A stretch of DNA of 64,000 nt from an uncultured Clostridia bacterium. Its GTDB lineage: Bacteria > Bacillota > Clostridia > Oscillospirales > QAKW01. Positions 8,694-19,095 of the stretch are shown here, one piece after another (position 1 is the stretch's first letter; every line of letters begins with the position of its first letter). The notes under the pieces were generated by a model. The model did no database searches and had not been told where the DNA came from. It worked only from the letters and a program-made list of their open reading frames with translations. The position numbers and the translations under genes are program-made. Location of the stretch: assembly GCA_944387895.1 (NCBI GenBank), contig CALXGQ010000008.1, positions 21,921 through 85,920 on the forward strand, given 5' to 3'.

Positions 8694-11114
8694 TCAATAA
8701 AACTGAATCGGATTCATATTGTAAACCACCTGAAGGTCGGAAGACAAAGGCAGTTCTCTGCACGCGCCAATCAACTGGCGCAGCCTGGCGGAATTTTTGC
8801 ATTTCACCAGCATCTGCATCCGGTGCCGCCCGCGCAGCATCCCCAGGCGCGGAACCACGGGCGAAAGCAGGCGGAGCGGGATATCGGCGAAGGTGCTGTT
8901 GCTGGCGGTCTGAAGATAGCGGTAAATGGTTCCGATCCCTTCCGCCGCAGTCTGCCGGGAATGGCTTTCAGCCACGATTAACAGGATATCGCAAAAGGGC
9001 GGATACTGCATCAGTCGGCGAAAGGCGATTTCCTGGCGGTAAAACTGAACGTAGTCCTGATTCCGCGAAAGGGCGATCACCTCATGCTCCGGGCAGTAGG
9101 TTTGGATGATGGCGCTGCCCGGCTCCCCACTCCGGCCGCTGCGGCCGCAGACCTGGGTGAGCAAATTGAAGGTGCGCTCATTAGCGCGAAAATCATCGGC
9201 GTAAAGCGACATATCCGCCTGCAAAACGCCGACCAGCGTAACCGCAGGGAAATCCAGACCTTTTGCGACCATCTGCGTACCCAGCATCACGTCGTATTCC
9301 CCGTCCCGGAACGCGGAAAGCAGTTCCCCGAAGGAAAGATAGGAATCCACCGTATCCATATCCATCCGCAGAATACGCACCGCAGGAAACAGGCTTTTAA
9401 GCTCCTCCTCCGCATACTGCGTGCCCAGACCCAGCATCCGAATATGTTCGCTGCCGCATTCCGGGCATTTATAAAAGCGTTTGATGTTGTATCCGCAATA
9501 GTGGCACATCAGCCGCTGATTTGGTTTGTGAAAAGTCAGGGCAATCCCGCAATTGGGACATTTCGCGACGGTGCCGCAGAAGGAGCAGCCGACAATGGTG
9601 TGCATTCCTCTGCGGTTGAGAAACAAAATCGCCTGCTTTTTCTCACGAAAGGTCTTTTCAAGGGCGTTTCTCAAAGGCGCGCTGAACAGCTTGGCGCCCT
9701 CCGCCGCAGCTTCGGCGCGCATATCCACCAGACTGACTTCCGGCAGAGAGGCGTTATGATAGCGCTTAGTCAGCATATGGAGCTGATAAATCCCGCGCTC
9801 CGCCAGATAATAGCTTTCGATCGCCGGGGTTGCCGACGCCAATACAAGGGGGATCTGATGCAGACGCGATAAAAAACGTCCGATATCCCGGGCATGGAAA
9901 CGCGGGCTGCTTTCGGATTTATAGCTGGATTCATGCTCCTCGTCCAAAATGATCAGACCGGGGCGGCGAAGGGGCGCAAAGACGGCGCTGCGGGTGCCCA
10001 CGACAATCCGTGCTTTGCCGGCCCGGATCTTTTTCCACTCGTCCGCCTTTTCTCCAAGGGAAAGGCCGCTGTGGAGGACGGATACACAATCGCCGTAGCG
10101 CAGATAAAACCTGCTGAGCAGCTGCGGCGTAAGCGCGATCTCGGGGACCAGAAGCAAAACGTCCTGCCCGGCCGCAAGCACGTCGTCCATCAGGCGCATA
10201 AAAACATGAGTTTTCCCGCTGCCGGTGATTCCGTAAAGAAGATGGGTTCCCTCCCTGCCGAAGGATCCGGCGATGTCCCGGTATACCGTTTCCTGCTCCG
10301 CTTCAAGGTGGATCGGGCTGGCGTCTGAAGCGCGCTCCATCGTTTGATACGGCCTGCGTTCGCGAATCTCGCTGAAAACTTCGATCAGGCCTTTCTGAGC
10401 AAGGGTCTTGACGGTTGAGGCCCCGCACCCGGCATAATACAACGCCTCTTTTGCAGAAAGAACCGGTTCGTCCAAAAAAAGCAAAAGAAGATCCCGCTGC
10501 TGGTAATAGCGTTGAGGGAGCTCCGAAAGATAAAGCTCGATCTGATCCACCGGGCAGGCGCGGCGGATCTTTTTTTCCTTCAGATCCCCGATGTTGCGGA
10601 TGGAGCAGATCTCTTCGATCAAAACGCCGTCCCGGTAAGCGGGCAGGCAAAGACGCCGGAGCTTTTCCGGAAAATCCGCGCGGCGCACCGCCTTTCCGGC
10701 GGACTGCATAAAAGATACCAGCTCCTGATATTCCGGCGGATATGACGCACGATCCGGGTTCAGGGAAAAAATCTCGTTGATCTGATAATCAAGACCGCGG
10801 GGGATCATACACCGGATCGCCTGATAGCGCGTAATAAAATACTGCTCTGCCATCCAGGCGGCCAGCTGAAGATGCGCCGAATCCAGAACCGGATTCTGAT
10901 CCAGGATCCGAACAACGCTCTTCAAATCGCCGGGATCCTCCGCTTCATAAACGGAAAAGATCATCGCCTTTTTTAAAACATTGCCCTTTCCAAACGGAAC
11001 GACCACCCGAACGCCGGGAACGGCGCTGCTGCAGGCGGCAGGCAAAAAATAGTCATACTCCCTGTCGATTTTCAGAACGATCTGATCAATTGCAACACGG
11101 CAGACCAGCGGCAT
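8694..11114 (-). CDS. priA: primosomal protein N'
   Basis: GITGSGKT, DEEHE, Cys-rich zinc module and GTQMVAKGLDFP. Confidence 0.97.
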   Translation of the reverse strand: MPLVCRVAIDQIVLKIDREYDYFLPAACSSAVPGVRVVVPFGKGNVLKKAMIFSVYEAEDPGDLKSVVRILDQNPVLDSAHLQLAAWMAEQYFITRYQAIRCMIPRGLDYQINEIFSLNPDRASYPPEYQELVSFMQSAGKAVRRADFPEKLRRLCLPAYRDGVLIEEICSIRNIGDLKEKKIRRACPVDQIELYLSELPQRYYQQRDLLLLFLDEPVLSAKEALYYAGCGASTVKTLAQKGLIEVFSEIRERRPYQTMERASDASPIHLEAEQETVYRDIAGSFGREGTHLLYGITGSGKTHVFMRLMDDVLAAGQDVLLLVPEIALTPQLLSRFYLRYGDCVSVLHSGLSLGEKADEWKKIRAGKARIVVGTRSAVFAPLRRPGLIILDEEHESSYKSESSPRFHARDIGRFLSRLHQIPLVLASATPAIESYYLAERGIYQLHMLTKRYHNASLPEVSLVDMRAEAAAEGAKLFSAPLRNALEKTFREKKQAILFLNRRGMHTIVGCSFCGTVAKCPNCGIALTFHKPNQRLMCHYCGYNIKRFYKCPECGSEHIRMLGLGTQYAEEELKSLFPAVRILRMDMDTVDSYLSFGELLSAFRDGEYDVMLGTQMVAKGLDFPAVTLVGVLQADMSLYADDFRANERTFNLLTQVCGRSGRSGEPGSAIIQTYCPEHEVIALSRNQDYVQFYRQEIAFRRLMQYPPFCDILLIVAESHSRQTAAEGIGTIYRYLQTASNSTFADIPLRLLSPVVPRLGMLRGRHRMQMLVKCKNSARLRQLIGACRELPLSSDLQVVYNMNPIQFY

Positions 11115-11116
11115 TT

Positions 11117-11353
11117 TTACATTTCCGCTTCGGCTTCGACGGTCGTTTCGCCCGGATCGGAAACGGGTTGCTTGATCGTCACCTTGCCGGCGGCGATCTC
11201 ATTGATCGCCATTTTGACCGGTTTATCCGGCAGCTCCAGCTGATTTTTTTCAGCCAGTTCAGCAATCTGGCGGGCGCGCTTCGCCGCAAGGATCACAACG
11301 GCATAGCGGCTCTTTGCTATTTTTTCCAGCTCAGATACAGCAGGATACAACAT
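11117..11353 (-). CDS. rpoZ: RNA polymerase omega subunit
   Basis: SRYAVVILAAKRARQ and KPVKMAINEI; follows gmk; TTG start. Confidence 0.93.
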   Translation of the reverse strand: MLYPAVSELEKIAKSRYAVVILAAKRARQIAELAEKNQLELPDKPVKMAINEIAAGKVTIKQPVSDPGETTVEAEAEM

Positions 11354-11369
11354 ATTTTACTACTCCTTT

Positions 11370-11927
11370 TCAGTTGTTTTTCAAAATTTCATTTATTTCT
11401 TCCGCAGCACGAACAACATTGTCGTTCACTACTTTGAAATCATAAAAATCAGCAGAATCGATTTCTTCCTTGGCTCGTGCGATCCGGGCGGCAACAACCT
11501 CCGGCGCTTCGGTTCCCCGCCCGAGAAGGCGCTTTTCCAGCTCCGAAAGAGAAGGCGGCATGATGAAGATGCTAATGGCGTCCGGACATTTTTCCTTGAC
11601 CTGACGGGCGCCGCAGGATTCGATTTCAAGAACGATGTCCCTGCCCCGAAGGCGCTGCCGTTCAACAAAATCCGCAGGAGTTCCGTAGTAATTACCGCAG
11701 TAGACGGCATACTCCAGCATATTGCCCCGGGCAATGCTCTGCTCAAATTCTTCCCTTGTGACAAAAAAATAATTCACGCCGTCCTTTTCTCCGGGTCGCG
11801 GAGCTCTCGTTGTGGCGGAAACGGAATATTCCAAATTCGGGTTGGAGCGGAACACTTCGCTCAGAACCGTTCCCTTTCCGGCGCCGCTGGGGCCGGATAT
11901 GATGATCAGCCTGCCCTTATTCGTCAT
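11370..11927 (-). CDS. gmk: guanylate kinase
   Basis: [21 protein letters not shown] and YYGTP. Confidence 0.97.
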   Translation of the reverse strand: MTNKGRLIIISGPSGAGKGTVLSEVFRSNPNLEYSVSATTRAPRPGEKDGVNYFFVTREEFEQSIARGNMLEYAVYCGNYYGTPADFVERQRLRGRDIVLEIESCGARQVKEKCPDAISIFIMPPSLSELEKRLLGRGTEAPEVVAARIARAKEEIDSADFYDFKVVNDNVVRAAEEINEILKNN

Positions 11928-12180
11928 CGCCGTCGCCCTCCTCGGCGCTGTCAGTCATCCGGTGCGCCACCGTTTCCGGCTGAAGCGGCGAGAGGATAAC
12001 GTGATCGCTGTCGGTAATAATAACCGCCCGGGTGCGGCGGCCATAGGTAGCGTCGACCAGAACCCGGCCTTCTTTTGCTTCGGTGATGATGCGCTTGATC
12101 GGAGCGCTGTCCGGACTGACGATCGCTATAATACGGGACGAATTGATCATATTGCCAAAACCGATGTTGATGAGCCTCAT
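11917..12180 (-). CDS. remA: RemA/YlzA (DUF370) family regulator
   Basis: [28 protein letters not shown] and SDHVILS. Confidence 0.93.
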   Translation of the reverse strand: MRLINIGFGNMINSSRIIAIVSPDSAPIKRIITEAKEGRVLVDATYGRRTRAVIITDSDHVILSPLQPETVAHRMTDSAEEGDGDDE

Positions 12181-12194
12181 ATTTTTCTCCCCTG

Positions 12195-13079
12195 TTACTC
12201 CACGTTTTGAATCTGCTCGCGGATCTTTTCGATGCAGGACTTAACATCGACGACAATACGCGTAATTTCAATGCAGCTGCATTTGGAACCGATGGTGTTG
12301 ACCTCACGGTTGAGCTCCTGAACCAGAAAATCCAGCTTTTTGCCGATTGGGCCGCCCTGCTCCAGCAGATCATAAAACTGAGAAAGGTGGCTTTTGATCC
12401 GGATCGTTTCCTCATCGACCGCAACCTTATCGGCAAAAAGAGCTACTTCCGTTAAAACGCGGGCTTCGTCCATACTGCGGTCCTCCAGCATTTCCCGGAT
12501 CCGCGCCTCAAGGCGCTGCCGGTAAGCGTCCACAGAGTCCGGAGCCAGCTTTTCAATTTTTTCAACGGAACGGGCAATAAAATCCAAATTATTCTGAATG
12601 TCCGATTTCAGCTTTTGCCCTTCCTGCTCCCGCATGGTGATAAAGGACTCCAGGGCACAATTCAAACCGGACAGCACCGCCGCTTTCACCTCGTCGTCCG
12701 AAATCTCGGGGCGGGTAATCGTGAGTGCGTCCGGAAGCGTGATGATACGTGCGGCGGTAAGATCGTTGCTGATACCAAAATTCTCGCTCAAAAGCTCCGC
12801 GGCGTTCAGATAGGCTCGTACCAAATCTTCATTGACAACAGCGGTCAACTCGGATTCTTCCGCGTTTTTTTCCGTATGAAAATAAACGTCGACCTTGCCG
12901 CGGGCCACCATCTCCGCCACACGTTTTTTTATGGGTTCTTCCAGAAAAGCGTAGTCTTTATTGAGCCGGGCAGAAAAATCAAAAAAACGATGGTTCACAG
13001 ACTTGATATCAATAGTGAAATCCAGCCCGCCAAAGGAACCGGTGCCCCGCCCAAAGCCGGTCATGCTCTTAACCGTCAT
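12195..13079 (-). CDS. yicC: YicC/YloC family endoribonuclease
   Basis: [36 protein letters not shown] and IREQIQNVE. Confidence 0.95.
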   Translation of the reverse strand: MTVKSMTGFGRGTGSFGGLDFTIDIKSVNHRFFDFSARLNKDYAFLEEPIKKRVAEMVARGKVDVYFHTEKNAEESELTAVVNEDLVRAYLNAAELLSENFGISNDLTAARIITLPDALTITRPEISDDEVKAAVLSGLNCALESFITMREQEGQKLKSDIQNNLDFIARSVEKIEKLAPDSVDAYRQRLEARIREMLEDRSMDEARVLTEVALFADKVAVDEETIRIKSHLSQFYDLLEQGGPIGKKLDFLVQELNREVNTIGSKCSCIEITRIVVDVKSCIEKIREQIQNVE

Positions 13080-13111
13080 ACTTTTACCTCAATTTTATTT
13101 ATTATTATATA

Positions 13112-13139
13112 ATAATACCACAATTTCAATATTTGTCAA
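13112..13139 (-). promoter_or_regulatory. sigmaA promoter of the yicC-thiN operon
   Basis: TTGACA-16 nt-TATTAT with an extended TGn, on the minus strand. Confidence 0.7.
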
Positions 13140-13160
13140 TACAGCAAACCCGATCAAAGG

Positions 13161-13195
13161 AAAAGAAAACCCCTGCCGGTGCAGACCGGCAGGGT
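13161..13195 (-). terminator. intrinsic terminator after the cwlJ/gerQ-like pair
   Basis: CCCTGCCGGT/ACCGGCAGGG stem followed by a U-rich tract on the minus strand. Confidence 0.8.
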
Positions 13196-13200
13196 GATTC

Positions 13201-13527
13201 TTAAACTTTTTTGCGCGGGATCTTGGCGGACGGCAGAGAGATGGTTCCTGCAAACGTGACAAATTTGATGGAATAAAGATCGCAGACAACATAGTTTCCG
13301 CTCCGGGGATCATACAGCACAATAAAACTGACGCCGACATTATAGAGGATGCCTTCCTTATGTACCATACTTTCCGTTCCGATCAGAAAATCAATGATGC
13401 AGTACTGCCCTTCATAATCATGAAGAATCTGCTGCCAGGATCCGGGATAAACCGGTGATTGCGTCATATCGACGCGGTTGTTCTCCGGCGCCCGAAACGG
13501 GGTCCCGTTGCTGTTCATTTCCGCCAT
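13201..13527 (-). CDS. small sporulation protein, probable remote GerQ-like spore coat protein
   Basis: GGAGG RBS; directly downstream of cwlJ; GILYNVGVSFIVLYDPRSG...FVTF resembles the C-terminal domain of GerQ. Confidence 0.6.
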   Translation of the reverse strand: MAEMNSNGTPFRAPENNRVDMTQSPVYPGSWQQILHDYEGQYCIIDFLIGTESMVHKEGILYNVGVSFIVLYDPRSGNYVVCDLYSIKFVTFAGTISLPSAKIPRKKV

Positions 13528-13544
13528 GAATGACCACCTCCAAA

Positions 13545-13982
13545 TTATGTAAACTCATACAGATCCGTCGGATTGTAAAAACAATGAGCCTGATATTTCC
13601 CGATATAGTAGCCAACCTCGGAGGGAAATGTCTGCCTGCAACTTTCACTATACGGGTTATAGAACCAGAGCGCTTCGCCAAGTCCGGGAAGTCGGTTGCC
13701 GGAGATGGCCCAATCGGCGATCTGATAATGAAGCTGCGTGGGATTCATATTGTAGATATTTTGCGGATTACCGATCTCACTATTGCTTACACAGGCAAAT
13801 TGGCCCGGCTGCATAATCACATTGCGCAGATTTCCCTCGCCGATGCGGGCATATTCCCCCACCGGATAGTGCACACGATTCATCACAACGCTTGCCACCG
13901 CTTTCATTCCAATATCACCTTCGCCTCCGGCTTCGCATTGAATCAGGCGCGCAAGCAATTCCCGATCCGAAAAAGGCATCAT
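13545..13982 (-). CDS. cwlJ: spore cortex-lytic cell wall hydrolase (Hydrolase_2, CwlJ-like)
   Basis: LLARLIQCEAGGEG, VVMNRV, QPGQF, LWFYNP and HCFYNPT. No signal peptide or PG-binding domain, as in CwlJ. Confidence 0.8.
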   Translation of the reverse strand: MMPFSDRELLARLIQCEAGGEGDIGMKAVASVVMNRVHYPVGEYARIGEGNLRNVIMQPGQFACVSNSEIGNPQNIYNMNPTQLHYQIADWAISGNRLPGLGEALWFYNPYSESCRQTFPSEVGYYIGKYQAHCFYNPTDLYEFT

Positions 13983-14008
13983 ACCACCTCGCTTTATTCC
14001 CCGCTTTC

Positions 14009-14037
14009 AACATATGCGGCAACTTTCTCCGTTATGA
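14009..14037 (-). promoter_or_regulatory. sigmaE-type promoter of cwlJ
   Basis: TCATAA-15 nt-CATATGTT on the minus strand (ATA-N16-CATAnnnT). Confidence 0.7.
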
Positions 14038-14069
14038 AAAGAAAAACGCGCGTTTTCAAAACGCGCGTT
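14036..14069 (-). terminator. intrinsic terminator after uvrA
   Basis: AACGCGCGTTTT/AAAACGCGCGTT inverted repeat with a U-rich tract on the minus strand. Confidence 0.75.
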
Positions 14070-14084
14070 GATTGAAAAGTAAAA

Positions 14085-16910
14085 TTACTTTACGCCAGTC
14101 CTCTTCAGATATGCACCGGTGTAGCTCTCTTCGCAGGCGGCAATTTCTTCCGGCGTTCCGGACGCAACGACCGTGCCGCCTTTATCTCCACCTTCCGGCC
14201 CAAGGTCGATAATATAATCGGCGGTTTTGATCACATCGAGATTATGCTCGATCACAACAACGGTATTTCCCGCGTCGACCAGCCGCTGCAATACGGAAAT
14301 CAGCATCTGCACATCGGCGGTATGCAGGCCGGTTGTGGGTTCGTCCAGAATATAAATCGTCTGGCCGGTAGAGCGCCGGGAAAGCTCCGTTGAAAGCTTG
14401 ACCCGCTGCGCTTCTCCGCCCGATAACGTCGTGGAGGGCTGCCCGATTTTCACATAAGAGAGCCCAACGTCAAACAGGGTTTGCAGCTTGCGCCGGATTT
14501 TATCGTGGTTTTCAAAAAAGGAAAGCCCTTCTTCAACCGTCATTTCCAAAACGTCTGCAATTGATTTGTCCTTATATTTCACTTCCAGCGTTTCCCGGTT
14601 ATAGCGCTTTCCCCGGCATACCTCGCAGGGAATATAGATATCCGGCAAAAAGTGCATTTCGATCTTGATGATGCCGTCGCCCTGGCAGGCCTCGCACCTT
14701 CCTCCCCGCACATTGAAGGAAAAGCGTCCGGGGCCGTATCCCCGGGCTTTTGCTCCGTTTGTGGCGGCAAAGAGATCCCGGATATCCGAAAAAACCGAAG
14801 TATAGGTGGCCGGATTGGAGCGCGGCGTCCGCCCGATCGGGGACTGATCGATATCGATCACCTTGTCCAGATGTTCGATTCCTCTGATCTCCCGCACCTT
14901 TCCCGGGAAAGTTTTGGCGCCGTTCAATTCATGGGCAAGGGTTTTATACAGCACCGCATTGATCAGCGAGGACTTGCCGGAACCGGATACGCCGGTGACG
15001 CAGGTGAAGGTACCCAGCGGGATTTTTACGCTGATTTTTTTCAGATTGTTCTCTTCCGCGCCGATGATCTCCAAAAAATTCCCGTTGCCGCGCCGCCGCG
15101 TTTTTGGAATTTCGATCTTTTTTTCTCCGCTCAGGTATTGCCCGGTCAGAGATTCCCTGCAGCCTTCTATTTCCTGCGGTGTGCCGCTGAAAACAACTTC
15201 GCCGCCGTGGATCCCGGCGCCGGGGCCGATATCCACAATATAATCCGCCGCCCGCATCGTATCCTCGTCGTGCTCCACGACGATCAGCGTATTGCCCAGA
15301 TCCCGCAGACGCTTTAAGGTTGCGATCAGTTTATCGTTGTCCCGCTGATGCAGGCCGATCGAAGGCTCGTCCAGAATATAAAGAACACCCGTCAGCGAGG
15401 AACCGATCTGGGTTGCCAGCCTGATGCGCTGGCTTTCGCCGCCGGAAAGGGTGCTGGCACTCCGGGATAACGTCAGATATTCAAGGCCGACGCTTCGGAG
15501 GAAGCTCAGCCGCTCCACAACTTCTTTGAGTACGCGGCGCGCAATCATGCGATCCTTTTCCGAAAGATCGATATTTTCAAAAAAATCAATCGCCGCATTC
15601 ACAGAAAGATCGGACGCTTCCGCGATGCTGCGTCCCCCTACCGTGACGCAGAGCACCTCTTTTTTCAGGCGTTTTCCCCGGCAGCAGGGGCACGGAGAAT
15701 CGCTCATGACATTTTCAATTTCCCGGCGAATAAAATCGCTGTTGGTTTCTCTGAACCGCCGCTCCAGATTCGGAATGACGCCTTCAAAAGAGGCGTTATA
15801 CGCAACAGAGCCAAAAGTTGCGCTGCGCTTCATATCCAGTTTTTCCCCGTTGTTGCCGTAAAGCAAAATGTTCTGCTGCTCCTCAGTCAGCTCCTGAAAG
15901 GGGGTGTTCAGAGAAAATCCGTATTTTTCGCTTAACGCGCGGAAATACATCTTTGCGATGTTTTCCCCGCCGGAAAGATACCATCCGCTGGCGCGAATGG
16001 CGCCCTCGTTGATCGAAAGCTGCGGCTTGGGAACGATCAAAGCGGGGTCGACCTTCATCAAAAAGCCCAGACCGTCGCATTCCGGGCAGGCGCCAAAAGG
16101 ACTGTTGAAGGAAAACATACGCGGCGAAAGCTCGCTGATGGAGTAGCCATGTTCCGGGCAGGCAAAATTCTGCGAAAACAGGATCTCTTCCTCGTCGGTC
16201 GCCACGATCACCAGGCCGTCCGCCTGGCTCAGGGCGGTTTCCAGGGAATCGGTAAGGCGTTGCTGGATCCCTTCTTTCATGATCAGGCGATCCACCACGA
16301 TCTCGATCGTATGCTTGATATTTTTATCCAGCTTGATTTCTTCGCTCAGGTCGTAGAGGCTCCCATCGACCCGCACGCGCACAAAGCCGCTTCTCTTCGC
16401 GTCCTCAAGCAGCTTCTGATGCCCGCCCTTTCGACCCTGCACCACCGGCGCCAGAATGGTCATGCGGGTTCGCTCCGGCATCATGCAGACCCGATCGACG
16501 ATCTGATCTACAGTTTGCTGGACGATTTCACGGCCGCAGACAGGGCAATGCGGTTTGCCGATCCTGGCATAAAGCAGCCGAAGATAATCATAAATCTCCG
16601 TCACCGTTCCGACGGTGGAGCGCGGATTCTTTGAAGTGGTTTTCTGATCGATGGAAATGGCAGGAGAAAGGCCGGAAATATTATCGACATCCGGCTTGTT
16701 CATCTGCCCCAAAAACATCCGCGCATAGGAGGAAAGACTTTCCACGTAGCGTCTGCGCCCTTCCGCATAAATGGTATCAAACGCCAGCGACGTTTTTCCC
16801 GATCCCGATAGACCGGTGAATACCACCAGCTTATCTCTGGGAATTTTCAAATCGATATTCTTCAGATTGTTTTCACGGGCGCCTTTGATCGTGATATATT
16901 TCTGTGCCAT
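14085..16910 (-). CDS. uvrA: excinuclease ABC subunit A
   Basis: Two ABC ATPase modules ([21 protein letters not shown]) and zinc fingers. Confidence 0.98.
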   Translation of the reverse strand: MAQKYITIKGARENNLKNIDLKIPRDKLVVFTGLSGSGKTSLAFDTIYAEGRRRYVESLSSYARMFLGQMNKPDVDNISGLSPAISIDQKTTSKNPRSTVGTVTEIYDYLRLLYARIGKPHCPVCGREIVQQTVDQIVDRVCMMPERTRMTILAPVVQGRKGGHQKLLEDAKRSGFVRVRVDGSLYDLSEEIKLDKNIKHTIEIVVDRLIMKEGIQQRLTDSLETALSQADGLVIVATDEEEILFSQNFACPEHGYSISELSPRMFSFNSPFGACPECDGLGFLMKVDPALIVPKPQLSINEGAIRASGWYLSGGENIAKMYFRALSEKYGFSLNTPFQELTEEQQNILLYGNNGEKLDMKRSATFGSVAYNASFEGVIPNLERRFRETNSDFIRREIENVMSDSPCPCCRGKRLKKEVLCVTVGGRSIAEASDLSVNAAIDFFENIDLSEKDRMIARRVLKEVVERLSFLRSVGLEYLTLSRSASTLSGGESQRIRLATQIGSSLTGVLYILDEPSIGLHQRDNDKLIATLKRLRDLGNTLIVVEHDEDTMRAADYIVDIGPGAGIHGGEVVFSGTPQEIEGCRESLTGQYLSGEKKIEIPKTRRRGNGNFLEIIGAEENNLKKISVKIPLGTFTCVTGVSGSGKSSLINAVLYKTLAHELNGAKTFPGKVREIRGIEHLDKVIDIDQSPIGRTPRSNPATYTSVFSDIRDLFAATNGAKARGYGPGRFSFNVRGGRCEACQGDGIIKIEMHFLPDIYIPCEVCRGKRYNRETLEVKYKDKSIADVLEMTVEEGLSFFENHDKIRRKLQTLFDVGLSYVKIGQPSTTLSGGEAQRVKLSTELSRRSTGQTIYILDEPTTGLHTADVQMLISVLQRLVDAGNTVVVIEHNLDVIKTADYIIDLGPEGGDKGGTVVASGTPEEIAACEESYTGAYLKRTGVK

Positions 16911-18878
16911 TTAATCGCCCTGGTCCCCTTTCAATGCTTCAATTTTATCCCGCAGCAGCGCGGCATATTCAAATTCAAGCAGCCGCGCCGCTTCTTTCAT
17001 CTGCTTTTCCAGATCCCGGATCATCGCCTGCTTTTCGGTTTTTGAGAATTTCGGCCCCCGCCGCTTCGGCTCCGCCGGAACGGCGCCAATCTCCAGAACG
17101 GCATGAACTTCCTTCCGAATGGTCTGCGGAACAATCCCGTTTTCTTCGTTATACGCCGTCTGGAGCTTCCTTCTGCGCTCAGTTTCGCGGATGGCGCGTT
17201 CCATAGAAGGTGTCACCTGATCCGCATACATAATGACCCGACCGCCGGCGTTTCTGGCCGCGCGCCCAATGGTCTGGATCAGCGAGGTTTCGCTGCGCAA
17301 AAAGCCCTCTTTGTCGGCGTCCAGAATGGCGACCAGCGCCACCTCCGGAATATCAAGCCCCTCCCGCAGCAGATTGATCCCTACCAGAACGTCAAAAACG
17401 CCCAGCCGGAGATCGCGGACGATCTCCATGCGCTCAACGGTTTTGACATCATGATGCAAGTATTTTGCCCTTACACCCATCTCTTCCAGATATTCGGTCA
17501 GATCCTCTGCCATCCGTTTGGTGAGGCTTGTAATCAGCACGCGGTTTTTTTGATCGGTGCAGCGATGGATTTCCGCCAGAAGATCATCCATCTGCCCCTC
17601 GGTCGGACGAACGGAGATTTCAGGATCCAGCAATCCGGTGGGACGAATGATCTGCTCCACCGTCTGCTCGCTGCGCTCCAGTTCATAAGCCGCCGGCGTG
17701 GCGCTGACATAAAGCACCTTATCCAAACGGCTGGTGAATTCCTGAAAATTCAGCGGTCTGTTATCGAAGGCCGAAGGCAGACGAAAGCCGTAGTTGACCA
17801 GCATTTCCTTACGCGAACGATCGCCGCCGTACATACCGCGCACCTGAGGAAGGGTGACATGGGATTCATCGACAATCAGCAGAAAATCATCTCCAAAAAA
17901 ATCCAGAAGCGTTGCCGGAGGGCTGCCAGGAGCGCGGCCGCTCAGAATACGGGAGTAATTTTCAATTCCCGTGCAAAACCCAATTTCGCGCAGCATTTCC
18001 AGATCATAGCGCGTGCGCTGCTCGATGCGCTGCGCCTCCAGAAGCTTTCCCTGCTGCGTAAAATAATCGATCCTTTCGCGCAGCTCCCGTTCAATTTCCA
18101 CCATGGCCGCCTCTCGCTTTTCCGCACCGATCACATAATGGGAGGCCGGATAGATCGCCACGTGGGTCAGTTCGCGCCGGATCTCCCCCGTCAACGGATC
18201 GGTTTCAAAAATACGATCGATTTCATCACCGAAAAATTCAATGCGGATCAGCGTATCGGAGGACGCGGAAGGAAACACCTCCAAAACGTCGCCGCGCACC
18301 CGGAATCTGTTCCGAAGCAATTCAAAATCATTGCGCTCATATTGAACGCTCACCAGATGCTCTATTACCTCATCACGGTCTTTCGCCATGCCCGGCCGCA
18401 GCGACAAAACAAGGTTCTTATATTCCTCCGGGTCGCCCAGACCGTAAATACAGGAAACAGAAGATACCACAATGGTATCCTTTCGTTCCAAAAGAGAAAA
18501 GGTCGCGCTGTGCCGCAGTTTATCGATTTCATCGTTGATGGAGCTGTCTTTCTCGATATAGGTATCCGAAGACGGGATATAAGCTTCCGGCTGATAATAA
18601 TCATAATAGGAGACAAAGTACTCCACGGCGTTTTCCGGGAAAAACTCCCGAAATTCACTACACAACTGGGCGGCAAGGGTCTTATTATGCGCCAGAACCA
18701 GCGTCGGCTTATTGATCCGGGCGATGATATTGGCCATTGTAAAGGTTTTGCCGGAACCGGTAACGCCCAGAAGAACCTGCTCTTTTGCGCCGCGCTCCAT
18801 GCCGCGGACAAGCTTTTCAATTGCCTGCGGCTGATCGCCGGTGGGCTGATAGGATGACACCAGCTTGAAATGATCCAC
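16911..18878 (-). CDS. uvrB: excinuclease ABC subunit B
   Basis: [24 protein letters not shown] beta-hairpin, DESH and a C-terminal UVR domain; GTG start. Confidence 0.98.
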   Translation of the reverse strand: MDHFKLVSSYQPTGDQPQAIEKLVRGMERGAKEQVLLGVTGSGKTFTMANIIARINKPTLVLAHNKTLAAQLCSEFREFFPENAVEYFVSYYDYYQPEAYIPSSDTYIEKDSSINDEIDKLRHSATFSLLERKDTIVVSSVSCIYGLGDPEEYKNLVLSLRPGMAKDRDEVIEHLVSVQYERNDFELLRNRFRVRGDVLEVFPSASSDTLIRIEFFGDEIDRIFETDPLTGEIRRELTHVAIYPASHYVIGAEKREAAMVEIERELRERIDYFTQQGKLLEAQRIEQRTRYDLEMLREIGFCTGIENYSRILSGRAPGSPPATLLDFFGDDFLLIVDESHVTLPQVRGMYGGDRSRKEMLVNYGFRLPSAFDNRPLNFQEFTSRLDKVLYVSATPAAYELERSEQTVEQIIRPTGLLDPEISVRPTEGQMDDLLAEIHRCTDQKNRVLITSLTKRMAEDLTEYLEEMGVRAKYLHHDVKTVERMEIVRDLRLGVFDVLVGINLLREGLDIPEVALVAILDADKEGFLRSETSLIQTIGRAARNAGGRVIMYADQVTPSMERAIRETERRRKLQTAYNEENGIVPQTIRKEVHAVLEIGAVPAEPKRRGPKFSKTEKQAMIRDLEKQMKEAARLLEFEYAALLRDKIEALKGDQGD

Positions 18879-19050
18879 AGCAAAACCCTCCTTTTCTTCA
18901 TGGGATACGCCGGTAAAATCACCGGCGCCGTCATGACTACTATTATATCACAAAAAAAATAAAATAAAAGAGCCCTCTTTCTCTTTTTTTGCAGAAAAAA
19001 GCCCCGGCTGAATGCGCCTGAAAAGAGCGCGTATACAGCCGGGTAGCGTG

Positions 19051-19090
19051 AAAACAACAGCGACCCGCGCAGTTCTTGCTGCGCGGGTCG
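19051..19090 (-). terminator. terminator after radA
   Basis: CGACCCGCGCAG/CTGCGCGGGTCG stem directly after the radA stop, followed by a weak U tract. Confidence 0.65.
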
Positions 19091-19095
19091 AAAAA

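Noticed and set aside
17103-18857. 584-aa plus-strand ORF antisense to uvrB (similar cases: 29690-31063, 36780-38267, 54900-56360, 23738-24976, 46701-47822)
   Set aside because: No recognisable motifs or RBS; long antisense frames are expected from codon bias opposite conserved genes in GC-rich DNA.
18880-19095. Possible LexA/SOS box or ncRNA upstream of uvrB
   Set aside because: No GAAC-N4-GTTC was found; the hairpins are explained by the radA terminator and a generic stem, with only an extended -10 (TGATATAAT).
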